A stretch of DNA of 63,877 nucleotides, the filler included, from Welwitschia mirabilis (lineage: Eukaryota): assembly GCA_051453625.1 (NCBI GenBank). It is 6 parts of one record of this genome, joined end to end, with 100 filler letters (N's around TTAATTAATTAA, not from the genome) between each part and the next. Parts side by side here need not be neighbours in the genome. Positions count along the whole stretch, not along the records: positions 1 to 25,982 come from JBOZIK010000001.1; 5 more parts are not named here. One strand, given 5' to 3'. Position numbers and translations under genes: made by a program. Below are positions 1 to 14,000 of this stretch, piece after piece (the stretch's first letter is position 1; every line of letters begins with the position of its first letter). The notes below the pieces were generated by a model. It had not been told where the DNA came from. It saw only the letters and a program-made list of their open reading frames with translations, and searched no databases.

Positions 1-1820
1 TATGTTTTCTTTATAATAATTGTAGATCTTTAGTCACATTTTGGAATACATGATAGAAGATAAACACAATTCCGTAGAAACCAACAATGGCAATGGAGAC
101 ATGGGGTAATGACATATAGCAGTAGCATCAGAAGACATATGTTAGAGGCATGTGGAGGTGGCAGTGGAGACATGTGGCAATAGCACTAGTTGGTGAAGGA
201 ATCCGACTTTAAAGGCCAAATGTTGGACTCATCATGATAAAGATTCCACCTAATGCTATATGATGACCTTCACTAAATGCTACATGATAACCTCCACCAA
301 ACGCTACAAGATACCCTCCATCAAACTCTAAATGACAAAGATTTTACCTAATGCTACAAGATAGAATCTTATCTACATAATGCTAAATTGCAAAGATTTT
401 ACCTAATTTTACAAGATGAAATCCACCCACCTCATCTACCACTATAAGACAAAGGCTTCTAACCACCTCAATTGCATCCTCTTCTATAAAAGGGCCTTGA
501 GTTCACATTTGTAAAGATTCTTTAATTTACAAAGTGCAATAGACATCTTGGAAATGTTAGAAGTTAANNNNNNNNNNNNNNNNNNNNNNNNNNNNNNNNN
601 NNNNNNNNNNNNNNNNNNNNNNNNNNNNNNNNNNNNNNNNNNNNNNNNNNNNNNNNNNNNNNNNNNNNNNNNNNNNNNNNNNNNNNNNNNNNNNNNNNNN
701 NNNNNNNNNNNNNNNNNNNNNNNNNNNNNNNNNNNNNNNNNNNNNNNNNNNNNNNNNNNNNNNNNNNNNNNNNNNNNNNNNNNNNNNNNNNNNNNNNNNN
801 NNNNNNNNNNNNNNNNNNNNNNNNNNNNNNNNNNNNNNNNNNNNNNNNNNNNNNNNNNNNNNNNNNNNNNNNNNNNNNNNNNNNNNNNNNNNNNNNNNNN
901 NNNNNNNNNNNNNNNNNNNNNNNNNNNNNNNNNNNNNNNNNNNNNNNNNNNNNNNNNNNNNNNNNNNNNNNNNNNNNNNNNNNNNNNNNNNNNNNNNNNN
1001 NNNNNNNNNNTTTACCTAATGCTATAAGATATAATCTTATTTACATAATGCTAAATGACAAAGATTTTACCTAATTTTACAAGATGAAATCCACCCACCT
1101 CATCTACCACTACAAGACAAAGGCTTCTAACCACCTCAATCGCATCCTCTTCTATAAAAGGGCCTTGAGTTCACATTTGTAAAGATTCTTTGACTTACAA
1201 AGTGCAATAGACATCTTGGAAATGTTAGAAGTTAACATGGCCTTATAAGTATCTTTNNNNNNNNNNGAACTTGTTTTAAGCATAGTTTGAGGAGTCCATA
1301 CCATCATTATCTCATTCCCTTGACATAATTTGCTATTTTTGATTTAATAGCAAAGAAGTTATTCACTTTTAATTTCAAGTTGCAAATAGATTTGTGCTTG
1401 TTATAGTTAAGTAAAAACTATATTATCAAGTTACATTATGAACTAAGTGAATTCTACAAGTTAGGTGGTTTAAGTTGGGTTAATACTAACATAATATTAT
1501 TCATCATGTAAGGATTGGTGAATTCAATAGTCACTTGGTAGTTTAAGTGATGTTTCAAGAAAGTGCAAGATATTATTGGAGTGAAAAGTTGCTATAAGAC
1601 AAATTGGGCTAAAACCTTGAAAGACATTCACTTCCCTACCTCTCTAATTGAAGTTTCATCACAACCCTCAACTCTAAATTTTCCCTTTCCTTGAATTGTA
1701 ATTGCAAGTTAAAAAAATCTATGTAATTTCTATTAAGACACTATAATTATCCCCATGGAAGAATGATACTAAGTATTCACCTAGTTTATTTTTGTTTAAC
1801 TATACTACTTAACAAACTTA
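1..1820 (+). repeat. Probable gypsy-type LTR fragment with an internal ~21-bp tandem repeat
   Basis: Degenerate tandem units like ccacctaatgctacaagat (about 245-430), TATA-like ctataaaagg (485, 1152), and an LTR-end-like tail (ccccatggaagaatgatac...tatactacttaaca) near 1750-1815. 340-567 is duplicated at 1011-1235 across the gap. Confidence 0.4.
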
Positions 1821-4399
1821 TATGAGAATGACAAATAGTAATACTTATATAAGAGTATGTAAAGTGGTTATCTACTCTATACTTGATTTAGAGGCATATA
1901 AGCTTTAGGATTTATAACTTATTTATTTAATACATTCATAAATAAGCTATAGGCTTGAATCAAAACACAAGAAAGGAAGCTACTATAATAATATTTGATT
2001 GAATTAGTTGTTACAAGGAAACAGATACTATACGTAATTTTTTTAGTAGAAAAGGCAAAAGGTAATTCTATTTTTGTTACTCCCAAGAAAAAAATGATTT
2101 ACCACATGCTACATCTTTGATCAATCATGAAGTGTAAGTTAAAATTACATTTCTGTGTCAATGAATGATTTTCTACGTATTGTTGTTCCATATGTTGATG
2201 TGGCCGATCCTTGATAACATTGCACTAACTAGTTCATATGGTATTAGGTAAATTTGAAATAACACATGATAACCCCCTACCTAGAATCAACCAAATCCAA
2301 ATTCCAACCCCTTCACCAAACTGCTCCCCCAACCCTTCTTCCCTCCAACCCACCCCAAACCTCCACCCCACTAATAGGAAGTACATATTATCAATATAAT
2401 AACTAACAATAAAATGAGATTTAGGTTACATCCATCCAACAACATCGATTAAATTATTCTAAGCATAATTGTAAACATTCAAACTACTAACATTAACATT
2501 GTTCATAAAAATCATATGAGATTTAGGTATATCTAAATCACAAAAACTTTGAAAACTCAAAGAAACATACCTAACAACTAGGTCCACTTGAATATTTAGA
2601 GCTCTTTTAAGAAATTATTGCAAATGTTAGTGTCTTACTTGATGATGTTATAAAATCTAGAAGATTTACAAGCAATACATCCTCAAGATTACTAAAAGAT
2701 GATAAATAATAAGGCCTTGAAATCTTTTTTAAAACATCTTACATAGAGGAAGAAAATATTGAAGTTAGCCTTTTCACTTAATAAATAGATGACTTAGCCT
2801 TTTCACTTAGTAGCATGCTGAAGAAAGGGTTTGAACCCCATGCCTTCAATCAACTAATTAACCATAACCCAAAACATTCAAGTCATTTTCAAGAGGAGAC
2901 ACAATAGGATTACTAGGTCTATCATTACCATCATCTTCAACTTTTAAGTAACTTGCATATCATCAAAGTATTTCAAAGAAGGATGTACATGCATGCAAGA
3001 AGATTCACCCTCTTGAGCCTTAGAGTATTGTCCATCAATGACATTAGATTTCCTTGTTCTTTCTTTTGAATTCTTTCATGCTTAACATCCATATTTTGTT
3101 TGGCTTCAAATTTGGAGATAGATCTTTTTAAATCATTATCATATTTATTATAAAAATAAAGTTTGAAAATCTTCTTACTGTTAAAATACTCTATCAATTC
3201 CTATTTTGTTTTTCATGCTAATCTAAATCACCCACAGACTAAGAACTTTTACTCTAGTACCATTTATTTGAAGAGCATAAATGCAAGCCCAAAATGGCTT
3301 TGATTAATATATGTGATTGGTTCAAATTATTTTTAGTTCATCAACAAAAAGTCATAGATGACAGTTTAAGAAATAATTAGAATAAGAATGTTCTATCTTA
3401 TTAACATAAGTATAAAATATCTAGAACATGATGCAATAGGTTAAAAATATTAGTTATTTTTATTATATTCTATACATATCCTAACACCTTATAGAAATTC
3501 AATAGCAATTCACCTAATGGTTATAATATTAGTTAATAAATTTGGGGAAAAAAGAAAGAATCAGTAAACAATCTGCTTTCTATGTAGAAGGAGGGTAAAG
3601 AAATNNNNNNNNNNNNNNNNNNNNNNNNNNNNNNNNNNNNNNNNNNNNNNNNNNNNNNNNNNNNNNNNNNNNNNNNNNNNNNNNNNNNNNNNNNNNNNNN
3701 NNNNNNNNNNNNNNNNNNNNNNNNNNNNNNNNNNNNNNNNNNNNNNNNNNNNNNNNNNNNNNNNNNNNNNNNNNNNNNNNNNNNNNNNNNNNNNNNNNNN
3801 NNNNNNNNNNNNNNNNNNNNNNNNNNNNNNNNNNNNNNNNNNNNNNNNNNNNNNNNNNNNNNNNNNNNNNNNNNNNNNNNNNNNNNNNNNNNNNNNNNNN
3901 NNNNNNNNNNNNNNNNNNNNNNNNNNNNNNNNNNNNNNNNNNNNNNNNNNNNNNNNNNNNNNNNNNNNNNNNNNNNNNNNNNNNNNNNNNNNNNNNNNNN
4001 NNNAGAAATTTATTATTTAGTAATATATCACACAAGAGATATGAGTACAAAGGTATTAACAAATAGTAGTAATAGATTTAAAGAGACTTCGATGAATTAA
4101 AAGAAGTCATATAAATGAAGAGCTATTAGATTAATTAGGAAATTTTATTGGATTTCAATTATAATTTTTTTAAAGCATATTATTCTAGAAGAAAAGCATA
4201 TCAATTATGAGATAAATTCAAAACTAGAATTACTTCTTGTAATACACATGATACTAATTATTATTTTACAATAGGGAATGAGTAAAGAAGTTGTTTCATT
4301 TTATAAACATCTAGATTTAACATATTCTAGTAATTACAAATGGAAGGTTAGACAAATTACTAAGATTGCCTACAGTTAACCTAGTATATTTCTTAATAA

Positions 4400-7300
4400 T
4401 CATGACTTTTAGATAAATCATTATCTAGGCATATATCTAATTGTTAATCATGTTTAATGTGGAGTTATACTAGGATGGATGGCCTTCTAAAAAGTTAAGA
4501 TAATTATGACAAGGTGTTAAGAGTATGTGTATCCTCATAAGAAAAGAATAGACTAGCATGATATGAGAGAAAGAACCTTAGGTTAAATTCTTATAAAATA
4601 TTTGGTAAATATCTCCTTTTGTAGATTCAAAGGAATGTTAAGTAGGGAGACTAAGTCCTTAGATTCTCAACAATAAATGTGTTTAAAATAATAACACTTA
4701 GTATGTGCTTTTTCTAGTGTTGACCATTCCCTTTGAATTACCCAAGTTCATAATAGCTCTATTTCTTAATAGCCATAGATTTCTAGTGAATTATTTACTA
4801 GGTACATAGTCCATACTTAAGCATGCTTAAAGTGATATATTAGGGGATTTTGACTTTTTGGAAAGTAATCCTAGTTATGAAGAGGTATTGGAATTGGAAA
4901 ATAAGGAGGTAGCATGAAATGTCCTAAGATTAAGTTCCTATGATTGGAAGAAGTACCACCTATCAAATACTCAATAGATAAGAGGATGAGTATTAAGTTC
5001 TTGTGATTGGAAGAAGTACCACCTAAGGATATTGAGTTCCTTAGGCTTATAACTACTAGTATGGCTAAAGTAGTAATGATTAATGCTTAGAACGTTGAGA
5101 AAGGTATTGACCATATTGCTAAGATAGCCTAACTATGCACATCTTTTATTTTCTAAAAATCATGGCTTTTGAGTAATTCATTAGTTAGGTGCATACTTCA
5201 TAATAGAGTATACTCAATGTGAACTAGTATTAATATGGGTGATCTTTATGTAAATGAGGCTAACTATGGGAAGCATTAAGAGTGTGGGGATCCTCTTGGA
5301 AAAAGATAGGACTAACATGGAAAGCATGTGTTTCTTTGCGGATTCTAAGATTTGTAAAAGCTTGATTTACATTAGAAATCATATTCAATAAAGAAGCTAT
5401 TCTATTCTAGGACATTTGAAGATAATTTTTTCACACTAATGTTGAACTAACTATTCTAGGTAGTTTTCTAGTGAGGGTTCTAGTTTATTAAATAAACAAT
5501 GAAGAAATATTAAAGATATGCAAAAACATATATATAATTTAAACCATGCTAATGTGATATTATACTTTTCAGGGTTTAGGTTAATTTCCTTAGAGAGTAC
5601 AAGTAATTTATGATTTTGTTGCATATGCTTAAAATGTTACGTACTCTAATATTAATAAAATTTTAAAACATATTTTCCTAACAATTAGAAGAAAATGTTG
5701 ATTACAGAAGATTTAATTACATGAATGAGATATTTCAAAGAAAGTTTTAATTAGGATTTTAAACAAAGATGATAGGCATACAAAACATAATACGAATTAC
5801 CCAAAGAATGTGGAAAATAATAAAGTTTTTAATTTTAATAACATTGAGGTAGAATTTTTAATTAAAAAAGAACACATTTAAATAATTCAATTTATTCCTA
5901 TTTTCAAGTCTAAATAGTAGAGCAATAATGTGATCTCATGACTCTAAAATTTAAATAGGACAATGATTTAAAATTCTTTAGGAGAAGTGTACATACAGAC
6001 TTTATATCTAAAATACTATTAAATATGAACATCATATTTTTTCTTCAATGTTTCAAAATTAAGAGAACAAGGAAAAATGCAAAATTTAAATCAAATAACT
6101 TTATTAATTTATTTTAACTATTAATTTGTTAGTTATGCCATGTAAATTTCTCTCATCTAATAGATCCATAAGGTCTTTTATAGCTTTAGTAAAGTATTTA
6201 GTTTTGATTCTACTTTGATGTTATTAAGGCTTTAAATATCATATAAAAACATGATAATGTAGGTAAAAAAACTAAACAAATATTAGCAAAATCATCTATA
6301 TTGTATTGTTTTAAAACTTAGTACAATTTTATGTTAAAAAACTATAGTACTAAAACACATACCAATTAAAATTATTTATATGTTATAAACTATGATATTA
6401 TTTTTAATAAAGAAAGTAATGGGGAAAATTACATATGAAATGAAACTTCATGTGTGATATATACTTAGCATTTTACAGATATAAAATTTTTTATTTTAGT
6501 TTGAGTATTGTAAAGGAATTTTATTGCATCCTTATATCTATTTAGTATTATAATCTAGATGGAACATAGAAATAATTACAAGCTTTTGTTAAAACATTCT
6601 TATCATGTGATTATTTATAATAATGATAGGGATTAAAAAATTCTAAGGTATGCCTAAACATTGATAATAAATAATATTTGTTATGGATTCAATGTTAGAC
6701 CTTATATGAAAAATCATTTACAAATAACATGGAGTTTTTGACAAGGTTTAATTGTTGCATAAATAAAAGCAAAGGCCAAAAAAGTTGGTGACTAATAGTG
6801 TTCATGAGAAAACCCATTTACAATAATAATACAAATCAGTACTATGACATTTAAGCTTTAAAGACATCTATCTCTGTATAATATTATAGGTTTAAGACAT
6901 TTATTTGTATGTACATGTATACAATAATGACTCTCATGATTCCTTTACTTATGAACTTTAATACAAGTTTTTCGGTTTAAGAATATTTGTATTATTTAAG
7001 TCATCATAAATCTGAAAATATTCAACTTCATTACACAATGGTATGATATTTGAGTGACATGTTTAGTTTTGTTAAAGAAAGTGTTTTATTTCATAGTTTT
7101 ATTAGTGTGAAATAAGGATTCCTTCTTGTTCCAACTTTGTTTAGATTATTTATTGATGAATTTCAAGATTGGTTATATAATTTGCCACCTAAGTATGCGA
7201 TCACAATTGGAGATAATCTTGTCAGACTTCTACTATATGCTAGTGATGTTATTTTAATTTAATCTCAAAATATGGATTGTAATAAACTCTGGATGCTGTA

Positions 7301-8403
7301 TATACTTTTGCTAGTATCTAGAAATGAAGTTAATGTATAATAAGCCAAAGTTATGGTGTGTGATACATGTAATAGTGAATATAGGTTTTCTATAGAAGTA
7401 TGCCTTTCAATATAATTTCCTATCATAAATGCCTTAACTTAGAATGCTCATGTAATTACAAATGGGATATGTACATTTAAAAAGAGTTGTAACTAGAATG
7501 AAATCCTTTTTTACCTTGAAAAGCAAACGTAAGAACGAAATATTCTTTTTCCTAGGAAATTTAAAAGTAACTCTTTCATGCTATTATTCAACTAATTATT
7601 TTTTATGGGTATATTGTTTAGGATGCTAGTGTAGCAAAAAATAGTAGAAAAATATAAAATAAATTCAAAAGTTATTCTTATTAAAGGAATACAAGGTAAA
7701 GAGAGAGACATAATATGATATTATGCTAATTGAAGTAAAGATAATGCTCTTATAAGTTGAAGTTATTTATCAATTCATAGCATACACTTATAATCTTTCT
7801 ATAGTCATAACAAATAAATACTCAAAAAGAGTGATGTTCATAAAGATGAAGGATGGTTTCATGATAGAGTCCCAAAGCTTAATAAATGAAATATATAAGA
7901 GCACATTTTTTATTGTGATCCTAAATAGGTTTACAAATGTGATAGAAAATGTGCTTTAAAATATTTAAGATTACACAAAAGAAAAGAAATATTTCTATCT
8001 ACATTAGAAGATGTTTTAATATAAAAATCAACTATTTAACAAATACTATTCGTCAACATTTATGGTGTATAATTAGCAGGGTAAAAATGAAAATCTTATT
8101 ATTTGAGAGTTGAAACAAGAAGATAACTTAAGATTCCTCAAGAATAACTAACCTATGAATTGCGTACTCAAGATATCATGAGAGATATGTACCACATTTT
8201 TCTATAGTGTCACACACCTAAGTACATAAGATACAAGTGGTACATTATAGTTAGTAGTCTAACTGATTTATTCAAAATTGTACCAAGAATGCTTGATAAC
8301 TTTCTTGATGATGTTTTTCAAATCTCATCATACATACATTTCAACTTTCCAATAGATCCTTAAGGTGCATGACATAATAAAATTTTAGTTTTAGTTTTAG
8401 TTT
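4400..8403 (+). mobile_element. Highly decayed RTE-like non-LTR retrotransposon
   Basis: SVK*GFLLVPTLFRLFIDEFQDW (about 7105-7172, cf. GVKQGCPLSPTLFGLFIDE), VRLLLYASDVILI (about 7220-7260, YADD box), a GDL(N)-like endonuclease motif (about 5238), an ET(G)R..KIP C-terminal motif (about 8110) and a (TTTTAG)n tail at 8383-8403. The 5' limit is approximate. Confidence 0.65.
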
Positions 8404-8989
8404 AAGATTACACACACATTTTAGGTAAGCTAATTCATTTATGTTTTTAAGATATGATAAATTTCATGTCTTCATTATTTAGAAAAGTATTTAATAACCA
8501 TATATATTATTTAATTTTTAAAATACACTCAAAGTTTTTATAGTTCCTCATAAACTACGTTTACCTTAAGTCTTTATCAGCGTAGTTCATATTTNNNNNN
8601 NNNNNNNNNNNNNNNNNNNNNNNNNNNNNNNNNNNNNNNNNNNNNNNNNNNNNNNNNNNNNNNNNNNNNNNNNNNNNNNNNNNNNNNNNNNNNNTTTATC
8701 TTAAGTCTTTATTAGCATAGTTCATATTTCTCGTAATATTTTTCATCTTGAAAACATAATACTATAATTTTTTAAATTTGATCTTTAAACTTTTAAATGT
8801 TATGTACTTAACCTTTTTCAAAAAACTATGGACTTTATCTCTAAAGAGACATCCTAAGGGTGAATCAATGCCCCTATAACCTTCTTCTTTAAGGCAAATT
8901 ATCTAAGAAATTTTAACCTCTTAAACTTTTATTATTTTTACTTAGTAGCTAATTTACCTTTTTTAAAAGAAAGGAAAATATATTAAACT

Positions 8990-9365
8990 AGGAAATTTAC
9001 ATGGATGGGGTGAAGATGCCCTAGCGTGATGGAAATAAGTAAATCGTTGACAAAAAAGAGAATATTCTATAGTAAACACAAAGATGGACTGAAAATAGGA
9101 CAAAATTGACGGTGCAAGCACCCCTAGGAAGGAGAACTAGCAAATACTAAACCTAAGCTAGGAAAATAACCAAAAAGGAATAGAGGATTTACATGGGGGG
9201 ATGAGATCGCCCTATCTTAATAAGGAAGTGTAAATTGCTTAACAAAAAGGAGAATATTTTGTAGAATACGCAGAGACGGACTATAAATAGAGCAAAATTA
9301 GGGGCAAAAGGATCCCTTGGAAGAAGAACTAACAAAAAATAGAACTAAACTAGGCAAGTAACCTG
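8990..9365 (-). repeat. Diverged tandem duplication (about 190 bp units) in the LINE 3'UTR
   Basis: about 8990-9171 (ggaaatttacatggatgggg...ctaggaaaataacc) aligns by eye with about 9185-9363 (ggatttacatgggggg...ctaggcaagtaacc); no gap between them. Confidence 0.7.
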
Positions 9366-9441
9366 AGAGGATTAAGGAATAGTATCTCCAACAAAAGGGG
9401 AAGAGGTTGCCATGATTATGCTCTAGCAAGAAACATCCCAT

Positions 9442-9600
9442 TTCGTTTGATAGCACCTCAAAAGCTTGATTAACCTCCTTAAACTCTTTAGCTCCTGCTT
9501 GATTCTTGTCTAAGTGCAGTTTAAGTGCTTTCTTCTGGTATCTTGACTTAATTACTTGTGGTAGAGCTTTATGAAAGATTCCCAAGGTCATAAATGGGTA
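9442..9600 (-). pseudogene. DnaJ/Hsp40 J-domain inside the 3' part of the LINE
   Basis: YPFMTLGIFHKALPQVIKSRYQKKALKLHLDKNQAGAKEFKEVNQAFEVLSNE fits the J-domain pattern (Y..LG......IK..Y...A...HPDKN......F..VN.A.EVLS). HPD reads HLD; the Leu codon TTA (9513-9511) is two C>T transitions from Pro CCA. Confidence 0.9.
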
Positions 9601-11039
9601 TCTTTTCAGCCCATGAATTGTGACGAGCATAACCTCCCTTTTTGTAGTGTCCATGTTAATGTCTTCCTTAGAATCATGCTACCTTTCTTTTAATGTAGAA
9701 TCCATGGTTGACTCTTGGGTGGGACTGGGACTACTCTCAGGCCTGGTCTCGTTNNNNNNNNNNTGCTTCCTTTGGTCCCGGGGCTTAGTTTAAGAATTCT
9801 CTTGAGCTATCTCTTTGTGCATAGGGATGAATTCGGCTTATCTGTCTGAGGTTCTGGGGATGAAGTTATCCTTCTTTGAGAGCTAGGGCTTACTTGTTCA
9901 ACATTTCCCTCAGAATAAGAGGCTTCATCTGTAGTGACCTTCCTCTTTGATTTTCTCTTAAGAGGGGTCTTCTGAGGGCGTTACCAAGGGGGAGGAGGGA
10001 CCTCTCGCATCCTCATCTTACTAGTTTCCCTCTAAAGGGCCAAAATTAATCCTAAGTACCTTGCAGTGTCTTNNNNNNNNNNNNNNNNNNNNNNNNNNNN
10101 NNNNNNNNNNNNNNNNNNNNNNNNNNNNNNNNNNNNNNNNNNNNNNNNNNNNNNNNNNNNNNNNNNNNNNNNTCATGGAATTGCTTCCTTTGTTCCTGGG
10201 GCTTAGTTTAAGAATTCTCCTGAGCTATTTCTTTGTGCATAAGGGATGAATTCGGCTTATTTGTCTGAGGTTCTGGGGATGGAGTTATTCTTCTTTGAGA
10301 GCTAGAGCTTACCTGTTCAACATTTCCCTCAGAATAAGAGCCTTCATCTGTAGTGACCTTCCTCTTTGATTTTCTCTTAAGAGGGGTCTTCTGAGGGTGT
10401 TACCGAGGGGGAGGAGGGACCTCTCGCATCCTGATCTTACTAGTTTCCCTCTAAAGGGCCAAAATTAATCCTAAGTACCTTGCAGTGTCTTTACACCGTA
10501 ATGCCTGAATGAAGAAGAAGGTTAGGTTAGTCTAGTGCCCTAGGTCTAGTGCTTTAAGAAATGTAAAGCACAGGCTTGATAGTTTTGAGTAGCAACCAGA
10601 CTGAACAAAATATTTGTCTATCATTTCAGCACCCAATCCCCATGGAGGCAGAAGCATCTTGTGGCTGATGTATTTACTAGGCAGCTTAGCAACAATACTA
10701 AGAAAAAAGTAGAGCACCTCTTGTTATACTTTGCTTCCAAGAAGAATTCTTTTACTGGTATCTAGGATTTCCAAGAGTTTAAAAAGAGAGTCTTTCGTGA
10801 TTTTGATGGAGATTCTCTTGAAAGTTATTCATTGCCCTCTCCATCTTCTATAGAATGGGGTAATATCAGTACCTGGTTCTCTCTTGAGCTTATGCAGGAG
10901 GACTCCCCACCCTATGACTTGTACCTTGTCCCACGACTCAGGGCATCCTTTAAACAGACTAGGAGCAGATGGTTCTATAGTAGGAGTTGCTCCTATAGCT
11001 GTTCTAATTTGTGAGTGATAATGTTTGATTCTCTTAGCA

Positions 11040-14000
11040 ATATTTATTGGGAATGGGAGGGGTGTTATTAAAAATCAAATCATTTCTTATACACCAAATC
11101 TACAAATAATTCAATCGAATCCCATCATTCTTGCATGCATCAAATGCGTTGCATAACTTATGGTAACTCTTCATAATTGTCATTAATTCATCATTCCACT
11201 TACATTAATGAAAAGGTGCTTAGCATCTTCAAGATAAGACTAGCAAATTGGACAAGTAGATTAGACTTGAAAACCCCTCTTATGTAGCTGGTCTCTTATG
11301 AGGGTTTTGTTATGATTCCTCAACCAGAAAAATATTTTGATTTTATCTAGGATTTGACCTTCTAGAATTTCTTAGAAGTATCCTCTTTTTCATGTCTTTT
11401 GAAAAGGATCTATTTGGTTGTGTCTTTGTTGCATATGCTTAAGTCTATCAGATTTCTCCTAGTTCTGCTAAGGTGTTTTCTCAAATAAGATTCTCCCTTG
11501 ACAGTGTTTCAATTAGGGTACTTATAATTGACCAAATCACTCCACGACCACCCTCCCTTGGAAATCTTTTTAAGGATCCAGTGAGCTCATGTGAGGAGAT
11601 AGTCCTCTAGCCTCTGGATACCCTAGCCTCCAAACTCCTTAGGATGAGCTATTATCTCCCATTTTTAGAGATGGATGCAATTTTGATCTTTGCCTCCCAA
11701 CCAGATAACCTTCAGAATTTTGTTAATTTTTTGAATGATGTTCTTTAGGGAGACGATAACGGAAGCTATGTATCTAAAATAAAAGATTAGACAAGAGTTT
11801 GCTAGGATAATCTTTACTTTGAAAGAGAGGAAGTTATTTTGCTAGGAATTGCATCATCTGTGAATAGATTCAAGAATGTAGTTTTAAGTAAGGGTTTTTT
11901 GCCAATTCCGTAAAGGGATTCCCAACTAGATATCTTGAAGATCTCCCATTTTGGGGTTCAATATTCTAGCGATTTCGCCCGCTTTGACACTATATTTACC
12001 CAAAGTATGAATTCTAGATTTACTCTAGTTGATATAGAGATCTGTAGCTTTTACAAAAAGATTCATGGAATTCTTAATGGCTCTTGCTTACTAACACAAG
12101 GCTTTAGTCATGATGATTGTATCACTTGCATAATCATTATTAATAAATGTTTGACCTCCTGTCTTGACACTAGATACTCCACTACTTTTTAAAAAGCCTT
12201 GTAAGACGTTCATGACAAATAGAAAAAGATATGGAAATAAGGGGTTTTCTTATTTGAATCCTCAGCTAGCTGAGAAAAATTTGGATTTGTGGTTGTTAAC
12301 TTTTACACTGAATTTAGCTGAAGCTTACATGTCTAACTATAGGTTGATGATGTATTGGTGAAATCCAATTTTTCTTAGAACACGATCTATAGCTTATCAA
12401 GTTATAGAATCATAAGCTTTTGCTGTCTCTAATTTAGCAATACGAAGGGGAAATTTACGCTTTTTAACAGGATGTATAATTTCATGAGTCAAGAAAATTT
12501 GGTCTTGAATATACTTGGATTAGATGAAGCCAACTTGGTTCTCAGAGATCACCATGANNNNNNNNNNNNNNNNNNNNNNNNNNNNNNNNNNNNNNNNNNN
12601 NNNNNNNNNNNNNNNNNNNNNNNNNNNNNNNNNNNNNNNNNNNNNNNNNNNNNNNNNGCTAAGAAAAATTTGGATTTGTGGTTGTTAACTTTTACACTGA
12701 ATTTAGCTGAAGCTTGCATGTCTACCTAGAGGTTGATGATGTATTGGTGAAATCCAATTTTTCTTAGAACACGATCTACATCTTATCAAGTTATAGAATC
12801 ATAAGCTTTTGCTATCTCTAATTTAGCAATACGAAGGGGAAATTTACGCTTTTTAACAGGATGTATAATTTCATGAGTCAAGAAAACTTGGTCTTAAATA
12901 TACTTGGATTAGAGAAANNNNNNNNNNNNNNNNNNNNNNNNNNNNNNNNNNNNNNNNNNNNNNNNNNNNNNNNNNNNNNNNNNNNNNNNNNNNNNNNNNN
13001 NNNNCAAATACCTAAAGGTCTGAAGTCTTTCAGTTTATTGGCATCCTGTTTCTTGGGAATAAGAGTAATCTTGGTTCTATTCATTTCCCTAGGGATGCAT
13101 TTATTGTGAAGAATATCCTACATGACATCTTATAGGTTCTTCTCCAAAATAGAGAAGTAAGATTTGAAAAGTTTGAGTGACCATCTGTCTGGTCCTAGAG
13201 CTATGTTATTATTCATTGACCTCACTGCTAATTGAACGTCTTCTCTACCCAGAGGTTTAGTAAGGTGGGCATTATNNNNNNNNNNNNNNNNNNNNNNNNN
13301 NNNNNNNNNNNNNNNNNNNNNNNNNNNNNNNNNNNNNNNNNNNNNNNNNNNNNNNNNNNNNNNNNNNNNNNNNNNNNNNNNNNNNNNNNNNNNNNNNNNN
13401 NNNNNNNNNNNNNNNNNNNNNNNNNNNNNNNNNNNNNNNNNNNNNNNNNNNNNNNNNNNNNNNNNNNNNNNNNNNNNNNNNNNNNNNNNNNNNNNNNNNN
13501 NNNNNNNNNNNNNNNNNNNNNNNNNNNNNNNNNNNNNNNNNNNNNNNNNNNNNNNNNNNNNNNNNNNNNNNNNNNNNNNNNNNNNNNNNNNNNNNNNNNN
13601 NNNNNNNNNNNNNNNNNNNNNNNNNNNNNNNNNNNNNNNNNNNNNNNNNNNNNNNNNNNNNNNNNNNNNNNNNNNNNNNNNNNNNNNNNNNNNNNNNNNN
13701 NNNNNNNNNNNNNNNNNNNNNNNNNNNNNNNNNNNNNNNNNNNNNNNNNNNNNNNNNNNNNNNNNNNNNNNNNNNNNNNNNNNNNNNNNNNNNNNNNNNN
13801 NNNNNNNNNNNNNNNNNNNNNNNNNNNNNNNNNNNNNNNNNNNNNNNNNNNNNNCGCTTGCTGGAAGAAAAACTTGGTGTGTTTATCCCCCTGCTTAAGC
13901 CACTTAATTCTTTAATGTTCTCTCCAGTAGTTTTTCTCATCTTCATTTATCTCTTGAAGTTCTATAAGACATTGATATTCCCTGTTACAGAAGCTGTCTT

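Noticed and set aside
1820-4400. Possible further TE relics and the 74-aa ORF at 2973-3197
   Set aside because: Too degenerate to assign; no convincing motif.
9298-9654. Stand-alone host DnaJ gene or processed pseudogene
   Set aside because: No separate promoter, introns, or own TSD/poly(A); it lies within the LINE TSDs and is in frame with upstream LINE sequence.
9764-10492. Apparent tandem duplications flanking N gaps (also 340/1011, 12268/12658, 14848/15311, 15448/15648, 37760/37936, 52960/53120, 56360/56592, 62065/62195)
   Set aside because: Near-identical copies always sit on either side of a gap: unmerged contig or haplotype overlaps.
11034-11225. Possible 185-bp insertion flanked by cttagca repeats in the LINE
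   Set aside because: The interval encodes the L1 HLF...IWCIRNDLIF motifs, so it is part of ORF2; the repeat is chance.
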